From Macrostomum lignano (Eukaryota), in contig NIVC01002295.1 of assembly GCA_002269645.1 (NCBI GenBank), positions 182,627 through 246,626 on the forward strand: 64,000 nt of DNA, in the 5' to 3' direction. Below the pieces are notes generated by a model, which saw only the letters and a program-made list of their open reading frames with translations, did no database searches and was not told the DNA's origin. This document shows, in pieces, positions 63,501-64,000 of this stretch. A program made the position numbers and the translations under genes. Position 1 is the stretch's first letter; each line of letters starts with the position of its first letter.

Positions 63501-64000
63501 TCTAAAAGCAAGAGGATCGGATACTGGCCTCAGATGCGTCGGGACATCCAGAACTACACAGCAGCATGCGATGCCTGCCAAAGCAGCCAATCCCGACCAC
63601 AGAAACAAACATTCAAAGTCCGCATCCTGATTATCCATTTCAAGAGTGCGCGACTGACCTGTTCGATTTTAAAGATCGAAAATTCATAGTTGTAGTGGAC
63701 AGTACAGCCGATGGATTTGTGCAGATCCATAAGATCGATTACAATTAATACAGCTGAGTTTGTTATCCTGCAATTAAAGAAATATTTGTCCACATTCGGA
63801 ACACTGAGAAGTTGCGATGCGACAACGGACCACCATTCTCGTCCAACGCATTCCAATTATATGCTAGATCAAGCGGGATAGCACTTGTAACATCATCACC
63901 AAGATATCCGCAGTCCAATGGATTAGCGGAGCGAGCTGTGCAAACAGTGAAATGCTTCTTGGGAAAGAATGAAGACTTTGAAAAAGCAATGCTTCACTAC
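60370..64000 (+). mobile_element. Degenerate Ty3/Gypsy LTR retrotransposon (Mag-like), 3'-truncated by the window
   Basis: Order gag-PR-RT-RH-IN, with many frameshifts and stops. gag (RWRKWIGAFNLYMTA, AILLTAIGEEGRDIF), protease DTG (61536-61544), RT PRKVPF and YIDD (62365-62376), RNase H VDASKDGLGAALLQ..YAQIEKEMLAIVFG, integrase HEGHQG, TDLFDF, CDNGPPF and YPQSNGLAERAVQTVK. Confidence 0.92.

Overview
Eukaryotic (animal) genomic DNA with GC-rich exons, GT-AG introns and about 35 distinct tandem-repeat arrays. The architecture is reminiscent of repeat-rich invertebrates such as the flatworm Macrostomum, but the species is an inference only. Genes: (1) UPF1 (+, six coding exons 1396-8547; the N-terminus lies upstream of the window); (2) an intronless, divergent SLC15/POT-like MFS transporter (+, 11764-13125); (3) a FRMD5/FRMD3-like FERM-FA-TM gene (+, 15 exons plus a candidate 33-nt microexon, 17476-31306); (4) two head-to-head calmodulin-like four-EF-hand genes with uninterrupted CDSs (-, 37290-37751; +, 46195-46670 with a 1-nt frameshift). 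Mobile DNA: a tRNA-derived CORE-SINE (-, about 47870-48178) and a decayed Ty3/Gypsy LTR element (about 60370 to the window end). No CRISPR, rRNA or true tRNA gene was found. The most notable observations cluster on UPF1: an inverted, unspliced 125-bp copy of its intron3/exon4 junction 45 kb away, a candidate 3'UTR intron, an intron built from about 47 copies of a splice-junction-like unit, and an in-frame stop-free intron. These could bear on NMD self-regulation, but that link is hypothesis only. The calmodulin-like pair also shows a sharp gene-conversion-like tract. Exon coordinates were derived by hand, and repeat boundaries and copy numbers are approximate.
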